Source: Nitrospirota bacterium
GTDB taxonomy: Bacteria > Nitrospirota > UBA9217
Length of the DNA: 64,000 bases
NCBI GenBank assembly: GCA_963818475.1
Contig: CAWFSF010000006.1
Span: forward strand, 928,001-992,000
Direction of reading: 5' to 3'
Shown: in pieces, positions 9,895 to 20,264 of the stretch
Position numbering within the stretch: the first letter of the stretch is position 1
Layout: each line of letters starts with the position of its first letter
Notes under the pieces: model-generated
The model's database searches: none
What the model saw: the letters and a program-made list of their open reading frames with translations, nothing else
What the model was told of the DNA's origin: nothing
Translations under genes and position numbers: made by a program

Positions 9895-10855
9895 ATGAAG
9901 AAAAAACACAATCAGGCGGTCCGCCGCGACCCTCCTCCTGTTCCCCCCAGCTCAGACACGGCAAAAGAAGGCGTGATCATTGCCCACCATGGCGTGGCTG
10001 TTGAGGTCCTGTCGCTTGACGGTACGCGCAGCCTGGTGCGCGTCAAACGGCGCTCCGGTCATGTGGTCGGCGACCGCGTGGAGGTCATTGGCGAGGTCCT
10101 GCGCCGACTGGACAGGAGAACAGAGCTGCGCCGCAGGGACGCACGAGGCGGCATCCATCTGGTCGGCGCTAATCTTGACGTTCTCGGTGTGGTCGTTGCC
10201 CACCTGCCAAAACCACCTCCCGGGTTCATCGACCGGGCCATTGTTGCGGCACGAGTGGAAGATCTCCAGCCGTTTCTGGTCATCAATAAATGCGATCTTG
10301 AGGATTCGGCGGGATTTGTCCTTGCGCTGCAAAAAGCCTATGACGCCACCATCCCTGTTTTCCCGCTTGAGCGCCGCTGCCATGACGGGCCTCGGTCCGC
10401 TGAGGGACTTTCTGGGCAAGGGACACCGGGGGGCGTTTGTGGGCACGACCGGCGTGGGCAAAAGCTCGCTGCTGAACGCGCTCTGTCCTGACATTGATCT
10501 CAAGGTAGGGCAGGTCAATGAAGAAAGCGGCAGAGGCCGCCATACAACCACCGTTTCAACGCTTCATTCCTTGTCAACGGGCGGAGAGCTGATCGATACA
10601 CCCGGTTTTCAGGATTTCGGGCTGGTGGATATTTCAGCGCAGGACCTTGCCATGCATTTCCCGGGGTTTGAAAAGGCAGGCTACGGCACCTGCCGTTTCC
10701 GGGACTGCCGGCATCGAACTGAGCCTGGCTGCGCTGTTCTGGACCTGGTGAACAAGAACGAGATCGCCCAGGAACGGTATACTGCCTACCTGGAGGTCCT
10801 GGACGAGGTCGAGGCAGATGAGGCCCGGATGCGGCGCAATGAATGGAAAAAATAA
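9895..10855 (+). CDS. rsgA: Ribosome small subunit-dependent GTPase A, frameshifted near 10365
   Basis: INKCDL, GTTGVGKSSLLN, GRGRHTTT, LIDTPGF, CRFRDCRH..EPGC. Confidence 0.9.
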
Positions 10856-10927
10856 GCGCTCGCTGATCCTGGCTTTGCTCTGCATGCGGAAAAGAGTGTA
10901 TGGGAGGTTACGGCAGGAAGGGGAAAC

Positions 10928-10961
10928 AAAAAAGCAGGCCCTGTATGAACAGGACCTGCTT
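10928..10961 (-). terminator. Terminator between convergent rsgA and csp
   Basis: AAGCAGG...CCTGCTT stem with A6 tract (U-tail on minus strand). Confidence 0.6.
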
Positions 10962-10974
10962 GGATGGATCAGGC

Positions 10975-11175
10975 TTAGACCTTTACAACGTTGGCTGCCT
11001 TGGGGCCTTTGGGCGAGTCGACAACGTCGAACGTGACGTTCTGACCTTCGGCCAGGGATTTGAATCCGCTGTCCTGAATGTCGCCAAAATGTACGAATAC
11101 ATCGCCGCCATTTTCACGAGTAATGAAACCAAAACCCTTGGAATCGTTGAACCACTTTACTGTACCATTTTCCAT
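10975..11175 (-). CDS. Cold shock protein (CspA family)
   Basis: [21 protein letters not shown]. Confidence 0.97.
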   Translation of the reverse strand: MENGTVKWFNDSKGFGFITRENGGDVFVHFGDIQDSGFKSLAEGQNVTFDVVDSPKGPKAANVVKV

Positions 11176-11407
11176 GATGAGCTACCTCCTTCTTGTGAAT
11201 TGAAGCTGACGGAAAAGGCCAAAAAAAAGCCGCAAAGCCAATGTCTTTGCGGTTACCCTACAAGTACATCCGGAACTTCTAGAGAACATAATGCCACTTC
11301 AGTCACCAGGAAGTCAAGGATTATTATTGTTCAGGGTTATTATTGTTCAATCCGGCCTGGATCCGGTCTACAAGAAGGCCACTTGCTTTTTTCCTCATTG
11401 TGCTGAC

Positions 11408-11424
11408 TACCCTTAAATTACCCC
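11408..11424 (+). promoter_or_regulatory. Conserved activator-like site, copy 1 (TACCCTTAAATTACCCC)
   Basis: Same 17-mer at 12726 and 15591; each is exactly 20 nt before a TTG -35-like hexamer. Confidence 0.7.
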
Positions 11425-11611
11425 GCTGTTCCGCTCCAAAAACCTTGCAATCGCGCATTACTTATTATATTCTTTGCCAAGAAACAGTTTGAGTATCCGC
11501 TGAACATGAACGAACATAATCTTCAGCATGGAGAGGACCTGAACTGCCGTACCTGGTCGGTGGGCGCACATTCGAATAAAAAAACTGAATGACCAAGCTT
11601 GGAGGTAGATA

Positions 11612-12451
11612 ATGCAGATCACGTGCTGGGGGGCAAGGGGTTCAATACCCATTTCCGGAAAAGAATATCTGAACCATGGCGGCGATACCACCTGCATCGA
11701 GATCCGGACCAAGGACGATGATGTCATTATCATCGACGCCGGTACGGGCATGAGAAAGCTCGGGAACAAGCTGCTTGCTTCGAACAAACGAACGATGCAC
11801 CTTCTTTTCACCCATGCCCATTGGGACCACCTCATGGGTTTTCCTTTTTTTAAACCCATCTACATGAAGGGGACCAGGATCAGCATGTACGGATGTCCCT
11901 ATGCGCAGGGTTCCGTCAAGGACATCCTTTCCCGGTCCATGACCGCACCTTACTTCCCCGTGGAGTTTGGACAGTTGCAGGCCGAGATAACCTCGCAGAG
12001 CGTGTGCGAACAGGAATTTGCTATTGGCTCCATCCGTATCAGTTCCATACAATTGAACCATCCGAACCAGGGCATGGGTTACCGGTTCACCGAGGATGGC
12101 AAGAGTTTTGTTTTTCTCACGGATAATGAACTGACGCACCGCCATGCCGGGGGGGAAGCCTACGAGGAGTATGTCAGGTTTTCAGCCGGCGCCGATCTGC
12201 TGATCCATGATTCTGAATATACTGAAAAGCAGTATGCCATGACAAAAGGGTGGGGGCATTCTGTGTATACCGATGCGCTTCGCCTGGCCATGGACGCGCA
12301 GGTCGGACAGTTCGGTTTGTTCCATCACAACCAGGAACGGACTGATGATGAGCTGGACGGGATGGTGGAGGATTGCAGCAACCTGGTCAAAGACAGCAAT
12401 AGAACTATCTCCTGTTTTGCCGCCCAGGCAGGGATGGTCATTAACCTTTAG
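11612..12451 (+). CDS. MBL-fold metallo-hydrolase
   Basis: WGARGSIP, IIDAGTG, THAHWDHLMGFPFF, GWGHS, LFHH. Confidence 0.9.
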   Translation: MQITCWGARGSIPISGKEYLNHGGDTTCIEIRTKDDDVIIIDAGTGMRKLGNKLLASNKRTMHLLFTHAHWDHLMGFPFFKPIYMKGTRISMYGCPYAQGSVKDILSRSMTAPYFPVEFGQLQAEITSQSVCEQEFAIGSIRISSIQLNHPNQGMGYRFTEDGKSFVFLTDNELTHRHAGGEAYEEYVRFSAGADLLIHDSEYTEKQYAMTKGWGHSVYTDALRLAMDAQVGQFGLFHHNQERTDDELDGMVEDCSNLVKDSNRTISCFAAQAGMVINL

Positions 12452-12562
12452 AAGGGAAGATATTTTCTGAGCTTCCCCTGAGGAGTACGCGGATCACGAT
12501 TCTGCCTGGCAAGTTTTCCACGATTTTTCCCGTCAGTAAGCATTACCCTATAAACGGCAGTT

Positions 12563-12706
12563 GGCCGCAGATTTACTCAGATTCACGCAGATAAAATCAG
12601 GCATTCAGGATTAAAGAAGTTTCACCCCAGGGGTGAGTCTTTTATCGTGTTAATAGGATTTGTTTTGTAAGTTTTTATCCGCGTTTATCCGATTTTATCT
12701 GCGGCC
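12563..12706. repeat. Intergenic inverted-repeat (REP/MITE-like) element
   Basis: GGCCGCAGAT...ATCTGCGGCC ends with internal ~10-bp subrepeats (CAGAT / ATCCG). Confidence 0.6.
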
Positions 12707-12725
12707 CAAATACTTTTTTCAGGAT

Positions 12726-12742
12726 TACCCTTAAAATACCCC
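12726..12742 (+). promoter_or_regulatory. Conserved activator-like site, copy 2 (TACCCTTAAAATACCCC)
   Basis: One mismatch to copies 1 and 3; 20 nt before TTGCCT-17-TATTAT. Confidence 0.7.
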
Positions 12743-12892
12743 ATCCATAGAGGCCAAAGCGCTTGCCTAAACCGTTCCTGTATAGTATTATCTTGCTAAC
12801 AAAAAATAACATTCACGACCGATTTCATCGGTTTTTTACCCGAAAGATGCGGCCCTGAAACTTTCAGGCCTGCCCGTAAACCTTCAAGGACT

Positions 12893-14275
12893 ATGAAACT
12901 TCCCGCAATGCCGACGATACTGGAGAGTCTGACGCCCCGGACCCTATTTGAAAAACTGACCATTGTCAGCAAAATGCTGATGGGGTATATGACGCTTGTT
13001 GTACTTACCGTGATCGTCGTGACCTATGCACTACTGAACCTGCAGCGATTGAACAAGCTGAACAGCGAGATCGTCAACGTTGAGATCCCTATCCAAAAAG
13101 CAGCTGAGGCGATGCTGGACACACACCTTGCCCAGGACACGTTCGAAAAACGCTATCTGATCCTCGGGGACAACGATATGCGCACCTTGTTCCGGAAGCG
13201 CGCCGGGGAGTTCAATCAATGGCTGGCGGTGCTGAAGGAGATGCCCGACCATGATCCCGACCTCATGAAAAAGATCAGCGAACTAAATAACCAGTACTGC
13301 ACTCTCTTTGATCGTGAGGCAAGGCTCATACAAGCCGGCGACCTTAAAGCTGCAGAGTCCATTTCACAAGGCAGACTGAAGAAACGGTCCGAAAAACTGC
13401 TGGAACTGCTTCGGTTCATGTCACGGGAGGCCAAACGAGCCCAGGGCCGCAAGATGATAGCCATGACTGAGCTTGGGAGGTCCGCCCTGTACACCACGGC
13501 CATCCTGTGCATTCTGAGCCTCGTGGTCGGAGTGCTGTTCAGCATGATCGTGACCCACCATATTTCCTCACCACTGGTAAAGTTGCACGTGGCGACCACG
13601 CATATCGCAGAGGGCAATTTTACCTATGATCCACAGATCACCAGCAGGGACGAAACCGGGGCACTGGCGCAGGCTTTTGTCACCATGGGAAAGCGTCTCA
13701 GCTCGCTTGAAGAAATGTACCGGGACGCGAGCCCGCTCACGCGGCTGCCCGGCGGGATCGCCATCGAGAATATCCTGAAACGACGGCTTGACTCGGATCA
13801 GCGAATCGCTTTTTGTCTGCTCGATCTGGACAATTTCAAAGCGTTCAATGACCACTATGGCTATGCTCATGGCAACGAGGTGCTGAAGGAAACAGCACGT
13901 ATCATCGAGACAGCGACACTGGAGAAGGGTACCCCAGAGGATTTTGTCGGTCATATCGGCGGCGATGACTTTGTCGTCATCACGACACCGGCGCGTATGC
14001 GCGGCGTCTGCGAGGAAACGATACGGCTCTTTGACCTGCGCATCCCCGCGTTCTACAACGAGACGGACCGGACCAATGGTTTTATCTTCGGAAAGACACG
14101 CCAGGGTCAGGATATGCAGTTCCCGCTCATTAGCATTTCGATCGCCGTGGTAACTAATGAAAAGCGCACGATCAAAGACGCTCTTGAAGCGGCAGAGATC
14201 GCAGCCGAGCTCAAGGATTACGCGAAGACGATCCCGGCTAGCGTCTATGTGGTGAACAAAAGGCTGTCTGCATAA
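12893..14275 (+). CDS. Membrane-bound HAMP-GGDEF diguanylate cyclase
   Basis: Two TM helices, HAMP, DLDNFKAFNDHYG, GHIGGDDF. Confidence 0.9.
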   Translation: MKLPAMPTILESLTPRTLFEKLTIVSKMLMGYMTLVVLTVIVVTYALLNLQRLNKLNSEIVNVEIPIQKAAEAMLDTHLAQDTFEKRYLILGDNDMRTLFRKRAGEFNQWLAVLKEMPDHDPDLMKKISELNNQYCTLFDREARLIQAGDLKAAESISQGRLKKRSEKLLELLRFMSREAKRAQGRKMIAMTELGRSALYTTAILCILSLVVGVLFSMIVTHHISSPLVKLHVATTHIAEGNFTYDPQITSRDETGALAQAFVTMGKRLSSLEEMYRDASPLTRLPGGIAIENILKRRLDSDQRIAFCLLDLDNFKAFNDHYGYAHGNEVLKETARIIETATLEKGTPEDFVGHIGGDDFVVITTPARMRGVCEETIRLFDLRIPAFYNETDRTNGFIFGKTRQGQDMQFPLISISIAVVTNEKRTIKDALEAAEIAAELKDYAKTIPASVYVVNKRLSA

Positions 14276-14513
14276 GCATCGGGCCTGCCGCTGCAATTCA
14301 TGCCTCGGACACCTAATCGCTGAAAACGATAACAGTGACCTCTGCCTCCCTCCTTGCATCTCTGCATGCTGTATCGTTGTTGCCAGTCCCGGCAGTGAGG
14401 TTCCCTGCAGTATCCGCGATTTGACTTTGTCAGGGACCTCTGATAGGATTGCCCGGCACTTGACTGAACAATATTTATTACTACCCCAACGGGGTACTAC
14501 GAGGAGTGTGACC

Positions 14514-15363
14514 ATGGACCAACAGCGCATCATATTTACACGGTTCCAGAGCGACGGCGGAGAGATGTTCAACGATATCTACGCCATCGATCCCGACGGG
14601 AAGAATGAGGTCCGGCTCACCACCAATCCGGGACCCAGCGGAGTATATGCGGACAATGCCGCGCCCCGGTACAACAAGGACAGGACGATGATCGCGTTCG
14701 TCAGCACGAGGAACAATGAACACAAACTGTATAATATATTTTTCATGGATCTCGCCACGCAGAAAACGGCGCAGATCACCTCGGGAAATCTAGATATCTC
14801 CAGTGTTGACTGGTCGCCTGATGACAGCCGTCTGGTCTTTTCCTGCAGGGACAACAAGGGGCTTCAGCAGATACACCTGGTCAATCTGGACGGCAGCGGC
14901 CTGACGAAGCTGACGGAGGGGCCGGAGGAGAACATGAACCCGCTCTGGTCCCCGCGGGGCGATCTGATCGTGTTCACGCAATTCATGCGCGACAGTAAAA
15001 CATCGCAGATCTTTACCATGGATACGCAGGGCAAGCAATCGTGTGCAGCTTACCTCCGATGAAACGGCCCATAGCAATCCATCCTGGTCGCCTGACGGGT
15101 CCTGGATTGTTTATCGATGCGATCTGGATACGCCGCATCTCCGTAAGATCAATATCGAGACCCGGGAGATCGTGTTGTTCGATGCTCCTTCATCAGGCGC
15201 TGATTCATCTCCGGTCTGGTCCGGCAATGAGATCGTGTTCTCGAGCAACTGCGACTGGGAGAAAGCCGAGTCCATATTCAATCTGTATAAAATGTCCGAT
15301 GCCGGAGGGAACATCCGGCGGATAACGACCAACCAGACCTTTGAGTATTGCGGCGACTGGTAG
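14514..15363 (+). CDS. TolB-like PD40-repeat beta-propeller, frameshifted near 15042
   Basis: Repeated WSPD/WSPRG/PSWSPDG motifs continuing across two frames. Confidence 0.8.
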
Positions 15364-15590
15364 GGGATGCAGGCTTCAGGTGGAGATGCACCGGGGAAAT
15401 ACTACAAACAAGAGTTGGGAAGTACCTATCCCGAACATCTCCCGTAGAGAAAACTTCCTGTCCTGTTCCCTCCATTCATCGCCCCCGACAGTATCGCGTG
15501 GCTCCGCTCCTCGTAATGACAGACCGAGACTTTTTTCGAAACGATCAGCCGTTACAGCCCATTTTATAAAACCCATGTTATAAAACAGAT

Positions 15591-15607
15591 TACCCTTAAA
15601 TTACCCC
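15591..15607 (+). promoter_or_regulatory. Conserved activator-like site, copy 3
   Basis: Identical to copy 1; 20 nt before TTGTAA. Confidence 0.7.
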
Positions 15608-15745
15608 ATAATTGTCATTGCAATTGTTTGTAATAAGATGTATTTTTGTGACTATTAAAAATAGTTAATTCCGAAAAAATTAGAAATGCGGGGCATATAT
15701 GGTGAAAATTTAATGAACTGTGTCGAATGGGTGAGCGGGGACATT

Positions 15746-16108
15746 ATGTGCAGCGAGCAAAAAGTGATGGTCGTGGATGACAACGCAGAACTCAGAAGCA
15801 TGCTTCGCTACGGGCTGGACTCTTACGGCTTCCAGGTGACTTTTTGTGAGAACGGTGCCGAAGCCCTCAAAAAAGTCATGCATGATGAATTCGATTATAT
15901 CATCACAGACTATCAGATGCCGCAGATGAACGGCATAGAGCTTACGAAGAAGCTTCGTGAACACTCATCACGGACCATCATTATCGGGATGAGCGGAGAA
16001 GATCTCGGCATAGACTTTTTGAAGGCCGGCGCAAATGATTTTCTTCAGAAGCCCTTTGTACCGTACCGGCTCGCCATGATGATCGATGGCGGGGACATCC
16101 TCACCTAA
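15746..16108 (+). CDS. Single-domain response regulator
   Basis: VMVVDDN, ITDYQMPQMNGIEL, FLQKPF. Confidence 0.92.
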   Translation: MCSEQKVMVVDDNAELRSMLRYGLDSYGFQVTFCENGAEALKKVMHDEFDYIITDYQMPQMNGIELTKKLREHSSRTIIIGMSGEDLGIDFLKAGANDFLQKPFVPYRLAMMIDGGDILT

Positions 16109-16284
16109 AATATGCCCTCCGGCGCTTCACCTGTCGATCAGCTTATCCTTGTCAGCTTTTCCTCCCGTCCCTTAATCAGCAAGCCCGTTGCTGGACAATG
16201 ATGTCCGGTTTCTGTTACAATGCTGCCCACTATACTGCCTGGCTGTTCTGACTGCCACGCGAATATTGCAACGTGGGGGTGCCT

Positions 16285-16680
16285 ATGGACTCTGCTGCTG
16301 ATCTGGCAAAGAGACACGGTTTGGAAAAATATCTGGACAAGCCTGCCGAACTGAACGATGCGATCTTCAACCTTATGCTGCTGCAGGAAACCATGCAAAT
16401 AGAGCAAGCACAGCGGCTAAAGATCCGTGGCAGCGACACCGAGACAATCACGAGCAAACGGTCGGTGCACGGCAAGTTCATTGCCGGTTGTACCGGTGAT
16501 AAACAGTACCGTTATGCCGTGGAAACCGCACTCCGGGCCTCTACCGCCATCATAGCGGTGTTTCAGCGCGGTCTTTTTATCAGCATGCTGAAACGGATGG
16601 GCATTCCCGAGGACCGGATAGCCCAGTATTGCGACAGTGTCATCATCTCCGACGATACTCATTGCAGCGACATGGATTGA
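16285..16680 (+). CDS. Hypothetical protein
   Basis: Plausible ORF filling the intergenic gap; no recognisable motif. Confidence 0.5.
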   Translation: MDSAADLAKRHGLEKYLDKPAELNDAIFNLMLLQETMQIEQAQRLKIRGSDTETITSKRSVHGKFIAGCTGDKQYRYAVETALRASTAIIAVFQRGLFISMLKRMGIPEDRIAQYCDSVIISDDTHCSDMD

Positions 16681-16697
16681 ACCGACTCACGACTGAC

Positions 16698-16847
16698 TCA
16701 GCGCCGGCCCCGATCCCGATGCTCGCGACCACCGCCCCCGCCGCGGCCATCATGGTGACCATCGTCTATGGGTACAAAAACGGGGAAACAGCCGCTCATT
16801 ACTGTCAGGAGGAAAGCGAAAAAGATCAAACGAATGTGCTTTATCAT
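16698..16847 (-). CDS. 49-aa Gly/His/Arg-rich lipoprotein (not in ORF track)
   Basis: MIKHIRLIFFAFLLTVMSGC|FPVFVPIDDGHHDGRGGGGGREHRDRGRR; RBS GAGGG; lipobox MSGC. Confidence 0.7.
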   Translation of the reverse strand: MIKHIRLIFFAFLLTVMSGCFPVFVPIDDGHHDGRGGGGGREHRDRGRR

Positions 16848-17067
16848 GGATTTTTCCCTCTCTTGATGCAAATTTTATCCTTGTTCAAATGGGACAGGTA
16901 TACCCTCATTTCTAGTATATCACGGTGCAGGGGGTTTTAATGACAGGTTGGCTCAGAGCGGCATTCAACGCGATAGCGAATGCCTGTAGTCTGCGAGACG
17001 TTTTAAAATCCTGTCCTTGACAAGTGCCGCGGTCCGCTTTATCATAGCTCTACTGGAGGAGCGGCGG

Positions 17068-17772
17068 ATGTCTCAGTATTTTAAAATGGTCTACGCGTAT
17101 AAATTCTCCGAGGGACCGATCATAAAATTTGACCTGCTCCTGGATGAGAGGACGCTGGCATTTATACCAGGGGAACGCCCGGGTCTGCCGGACTGGGCCC
17201 TCCTGGGTTATCATCAATGCGCGATCTGTCCGCTCGATGAGCGGAAACATCAGTATTGCCCCGTTGCCGCAAACTTCTCCTGCATCTCTGAAAAGTTCAC
17301 TACCTTTAACTCGCATGACCGGGTAAGCGTGGTGGTCCTCGTTGAAGAACGGACCTATCAGAAGGACACGACGGCTCAGATGGGGCTCAGCCCGCTCCTG
17401 GGTATCGTTATGGCAACGAGCGGCTGCCCGATCATGGACCAGCTCAAACCCATGGTGCGGTTCCATCTTCCCTTCGCGAGCCTGGATGAAACGATATTCC
17501 GCATGGTCTCCATGCACCTGGTGGCGCAGTACCTCCGCAAGGAGGCGGGCAGGAGCGCTGACTGGTCCCTGAACGGATTAACGCGGATCTACGAGCAGGT
17601 CGCAGCAGTGAACCGCGATTTTGCCGACCGGCTGCTCGGTGCGGCCAGGAATGACGTCAACGTGAATGCCCTTGTGAACCTTGATGCATTCGCCCTAATG
17701 GTGCCGCTGGCGGCGGACCGGATGCTCAAAAAGATATCCCCCTACTTTTCCGCACTATTGGACCGTCCCTGA
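17068..17772 (+). CDS. DUF6901-like conserved protein
   Basis: HQCAICPL...CPVA, ERTYQK, MATSGCP..LKPMVRFHLPFA. Confidence 0.7.
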   Translation: MSQYFKMVYAYKFSEGPIIKFDLLLDERTLAFIPGERPGLPDWALLGYHQCAICPLDERKHQYCPVAANFSCISEKFTTFNSHDRVSVVVLVEERTYQKDTTAQMGLSPLLGIVMATSGCPIMDQLKPMVRFHLPFASLDETIFRMVSMHLVAQYLRKEAGRSADWSLNGLTRIYEQVAAVNRDFADRLLGAARNDVNVNALVNLDAFALMVPLAADRMLKKISPYFSALLDRP

Positions 17773-17880
17773 CGCGGAACCCCCGCGTAAGCCTGGTAAT
17801 CGCCAGCGATCACGGACCGAACTTTCTTCTTTAACTTGTTGTTTCTCCTGTGTTACAATTACTATTGGAGGCAGTTGCCG

Positions 17881-18783
17881 GTGAGATCATTCAAGGAGAT
17901 CAAGCACGATTACCGGTTCACGGCGGATGACGAGCTGCGTCTTGCAGAACTGCGTCCTTTCATGGAAGAACATGCCGAGGAGGTTATGAGCACGCTCGAT
18001 CTCTGGATCATGGGAACCAAAGGGGCTGCGCAATTCTTCACCGACGACACCAGGAAAAAACACGTTTTCGAGGCCCAGCGAGTATGGTTCCTGGAGCTCT
18101 TTTCCGGGACTTACGACAACCGCTATTATGAAAAGCTCATCCACATCGGAGCCACCCACGTGCGGCATGCTGTTGATGCCCATTACATGAATCGGGCCGT
18201 CAACCTCGTCAGGAACGCCTGTACGGGCCTTCTGCAGAGCAGGGAAGAGGACCGGGCGGAAACGACGAGCAAGATCGTTTCGCTCGGCAAGATCCTTGAC
18301 ATCAGCCTTGATGTCATAACCACCTCCTATATCGAGGAGGAGATCAAGACCTATTCGCCGGTCTATAAAGTAAAGAGCGCGTTGATCAATTTCTCGGAAC
18401 GGTTTTCCCAGACCACCAACCTGGTGCTGGTGCTCGCGCTCATCGGCCTTACGCTCGGCGTTGTCTGGCTCTTTGTGCAGGATGTGCTGCATCTCCTGTC
18501 CGGCGATGTGGAAGGGGGCATTATCGCGGCACTGGGCTCCATGCTGCTGCTGTGGCTCATGATCGAGCTGATGAACACCGAGATCTCCCACCTCAAGGGC
18601 GGGAAGTTCCATATCAGCGTGTTCGTGGGCGTGGCCCTGGTGACCATGATCCGGGAGACCATGATCGCGACGCTGAAGCATGAAAATCCGGAGTCGATCT
18701 ATTACCTCATCGCCGCCATCCTGGTCATCGGATTCGTCTACTGGATCGTGACCAGGGCCGAGGACAGGCCTCCTGGCAAGTAG
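17881..18783 (+). CDS. Protoglobin (globin sensor) domain fused to PsiE-like membrane domain
   Basis: WFLELFSGTYDNRYYEKLIHIGATHV sensor-globin pattern plus 4-TM C-terminus; RBS GGAGG before GTG. Confidence 0.8.
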   Translation: MRSFKEIKHDYRFTADDELRLAELRPFMEEHAEEVMSTLDLWIMGTKGAAQFFTDDTRKKHVFEAQRVWFLELFSGTYDNRYYEKLIHIGATHVRHAVDAHYMNRAVNLVRNACTGLLQSREEDRAETTSKIVSLGKILDISLDVITTSYIEEEIKTYSPVYKVKSALINFSERFSQTTNLVLVLALIGLTLGVVWLFVQDVLHLLSGDVEGGIIAALGSMLLLWLMIELMNTEISHLKGGKFHISVFVGVALVTMIRETMIATLKHENPESIYYLIAAILVIGFVYWIVTRAEDRPPGK

Positions 18784-18867
18784 CTGTACATACTACTCAA
18801 TAAATCTGTCCGCCAGGCAGTGGGACATGAAAATATCACGGTGATGCGGATGCAGGGAGGGTGTTAG

Positions 18868-19490
18868 ATGGATAAAGATCTAAAACAGTGCGGCATTTCC
18901 GAAGAGGATATCAGGGCGGGACTCGCCGACCTTAAGGGTTTTGTGGACATCACCGAAGAGGACCTGATGAAGATCTATTCCTCGGCGCTGCGGCATGCGA
19001 GGAACCGGTGCGCAGTCAGGTATGACCGTTGCCGATCTCATGACCAAAGACGTGGTTACGGTGAAGAAGGATACGCCGCTGGAAGAAGCGGCACGGCGCC
19101 TCACGGGCCTCAGGATCAGCGGCATGCCTGTTGTGGATGATCAGGACAAGGTCATCGGCGTGATCGGCGAACTGGATATTATGGCTGTGCTGAGCGGGAA
19201 AAAAACACGGGGCCTCAAAGACCTGATCCGCCGCATCATGGGGGAACCGTCGCCGGAGCGGAAGGAGGGCGACCAGGTGGGGCATGTTATGAGCACACCC
19301 GCGATCACCATCAAAAGCTACTTTTGACGTGCGGGATGCGGCGCGGGTCCTGGATTCTCACCGGATCAAGAGGCTGCCGGTCGTGGATGACGATGGAAAG
19401 CTGATCGGCGTCATCTCCCGTGCCGATATCGTGCGGGCCATGGGAAAGACCATGGAGGAAAGAGCTGCCTTGTCGATGCAGAAACGCTAG
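18868..19490 (+). CDS. CBS-domain protein, two frameshifts (~19020, ~19325)
   Basis: FVDITEEDLMKIY, VADLMTKDVVTV, ISGMPVVD, IKRLPVVDDDGKLIGVISRADIV. Confidence 0.8.
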
Positions 19491-19508
19491 GATGAGGGCT
19501 GGTCCGCC

Positions 19509-20054
19509 ATGACAATTTCTGAATATATTCTGAAGATGAAAGGCAGCACCAAAAGCCCTCCCGGAGTGGGGATCGGCGAACTTGCCTGGTCCTGGCTCGG
19601 TTCGGTGCTCGGCATCGGTCTCTGCGGTTATCTATCGTCCCGGTATTTCGAGCCGAGAGACCTCTCCCTGATCATCGGTTCTTTCGGCGCTTCGGCAGTC
19701 CTCGTCTACGGCGCTATCAAAAGCCCGCTGGCACAGCCGAGAAATCTTGTGGGCGGGCATATCCTCTCCGCGCTTATCGGCGTGGCCTGCTTTCAGTTCT
19801 TCGGCAATACGATCTGGATCGCCTCCGCGCTGGCGGTGTCCTTTGCCATCGTGGCCATGCTTGTCACCAAGACGCTTCACCCGCCGGGAGGAGCTACAGC
19901 GCTTATCGCGGTCATCGGCGGCGCCAAGGTCCACAGCCTCGGTTTTTTCTATGCACTCGTCCCCGCCGGCGCCGGCGCCGTCATTCTGCTGATCGTCGCG
20001 CTCCTGGTGAACAACCTTTCCCAAAACAGAAAGTATCCGGAATACTGGTTGTAA
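19509..20054 (+). CDS. HPP family membrane protein
   Basis: SFGASAVLVYG..SPLAQPRNLVGGH, LHPPGGATAL. Confidence 0.93.
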   Translation: MTISEYILKMKGSTKSPPGVGIGELAWSWLGSVLGIGLCGYLSSRYFEPRDLSLIIGSFGASAVLVYGAIKSPLAQPRNLVGGHILSALIGVACFQFFGNTIWIASALAVSFAIVAMLVTKTLHPPGGATALIAVIGGAKVHSLGFFYALVPAGAGAVILLIVALLVNNLSQNRKYPEYWL

Positions 20055-20264
20055 TACCGCCCCTTATCCCGCACGGTTACCCTCACCGACAATATTTTAT
20101 ACCAGTTGTATTAAAACAGATCGGCCAAGAAGTATTCAGTATGTTAAAATGGCAATTTTCGAGTAAACTGGCTCTGTAAGGGTCAGTCCTGACTCATCAC
20201 AAGCGTCTTCACTCCGTTCTTCCTGCATATATACTATTATCATGACGCCAGAAGGTCGAAGCGC

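Noticed and set aside
11228-11256. GCCGCAAAG...CTTTGCGGT hairpin as a c-di-GMP riboswitch
   Set aside because: Lacks the GEMM two-stem architecture; more likely csp 5' UTR structure
10900-11406. 168-aa plus-strand ORF over the cold shock gene
   Set aside because: Antisense shadow of csp
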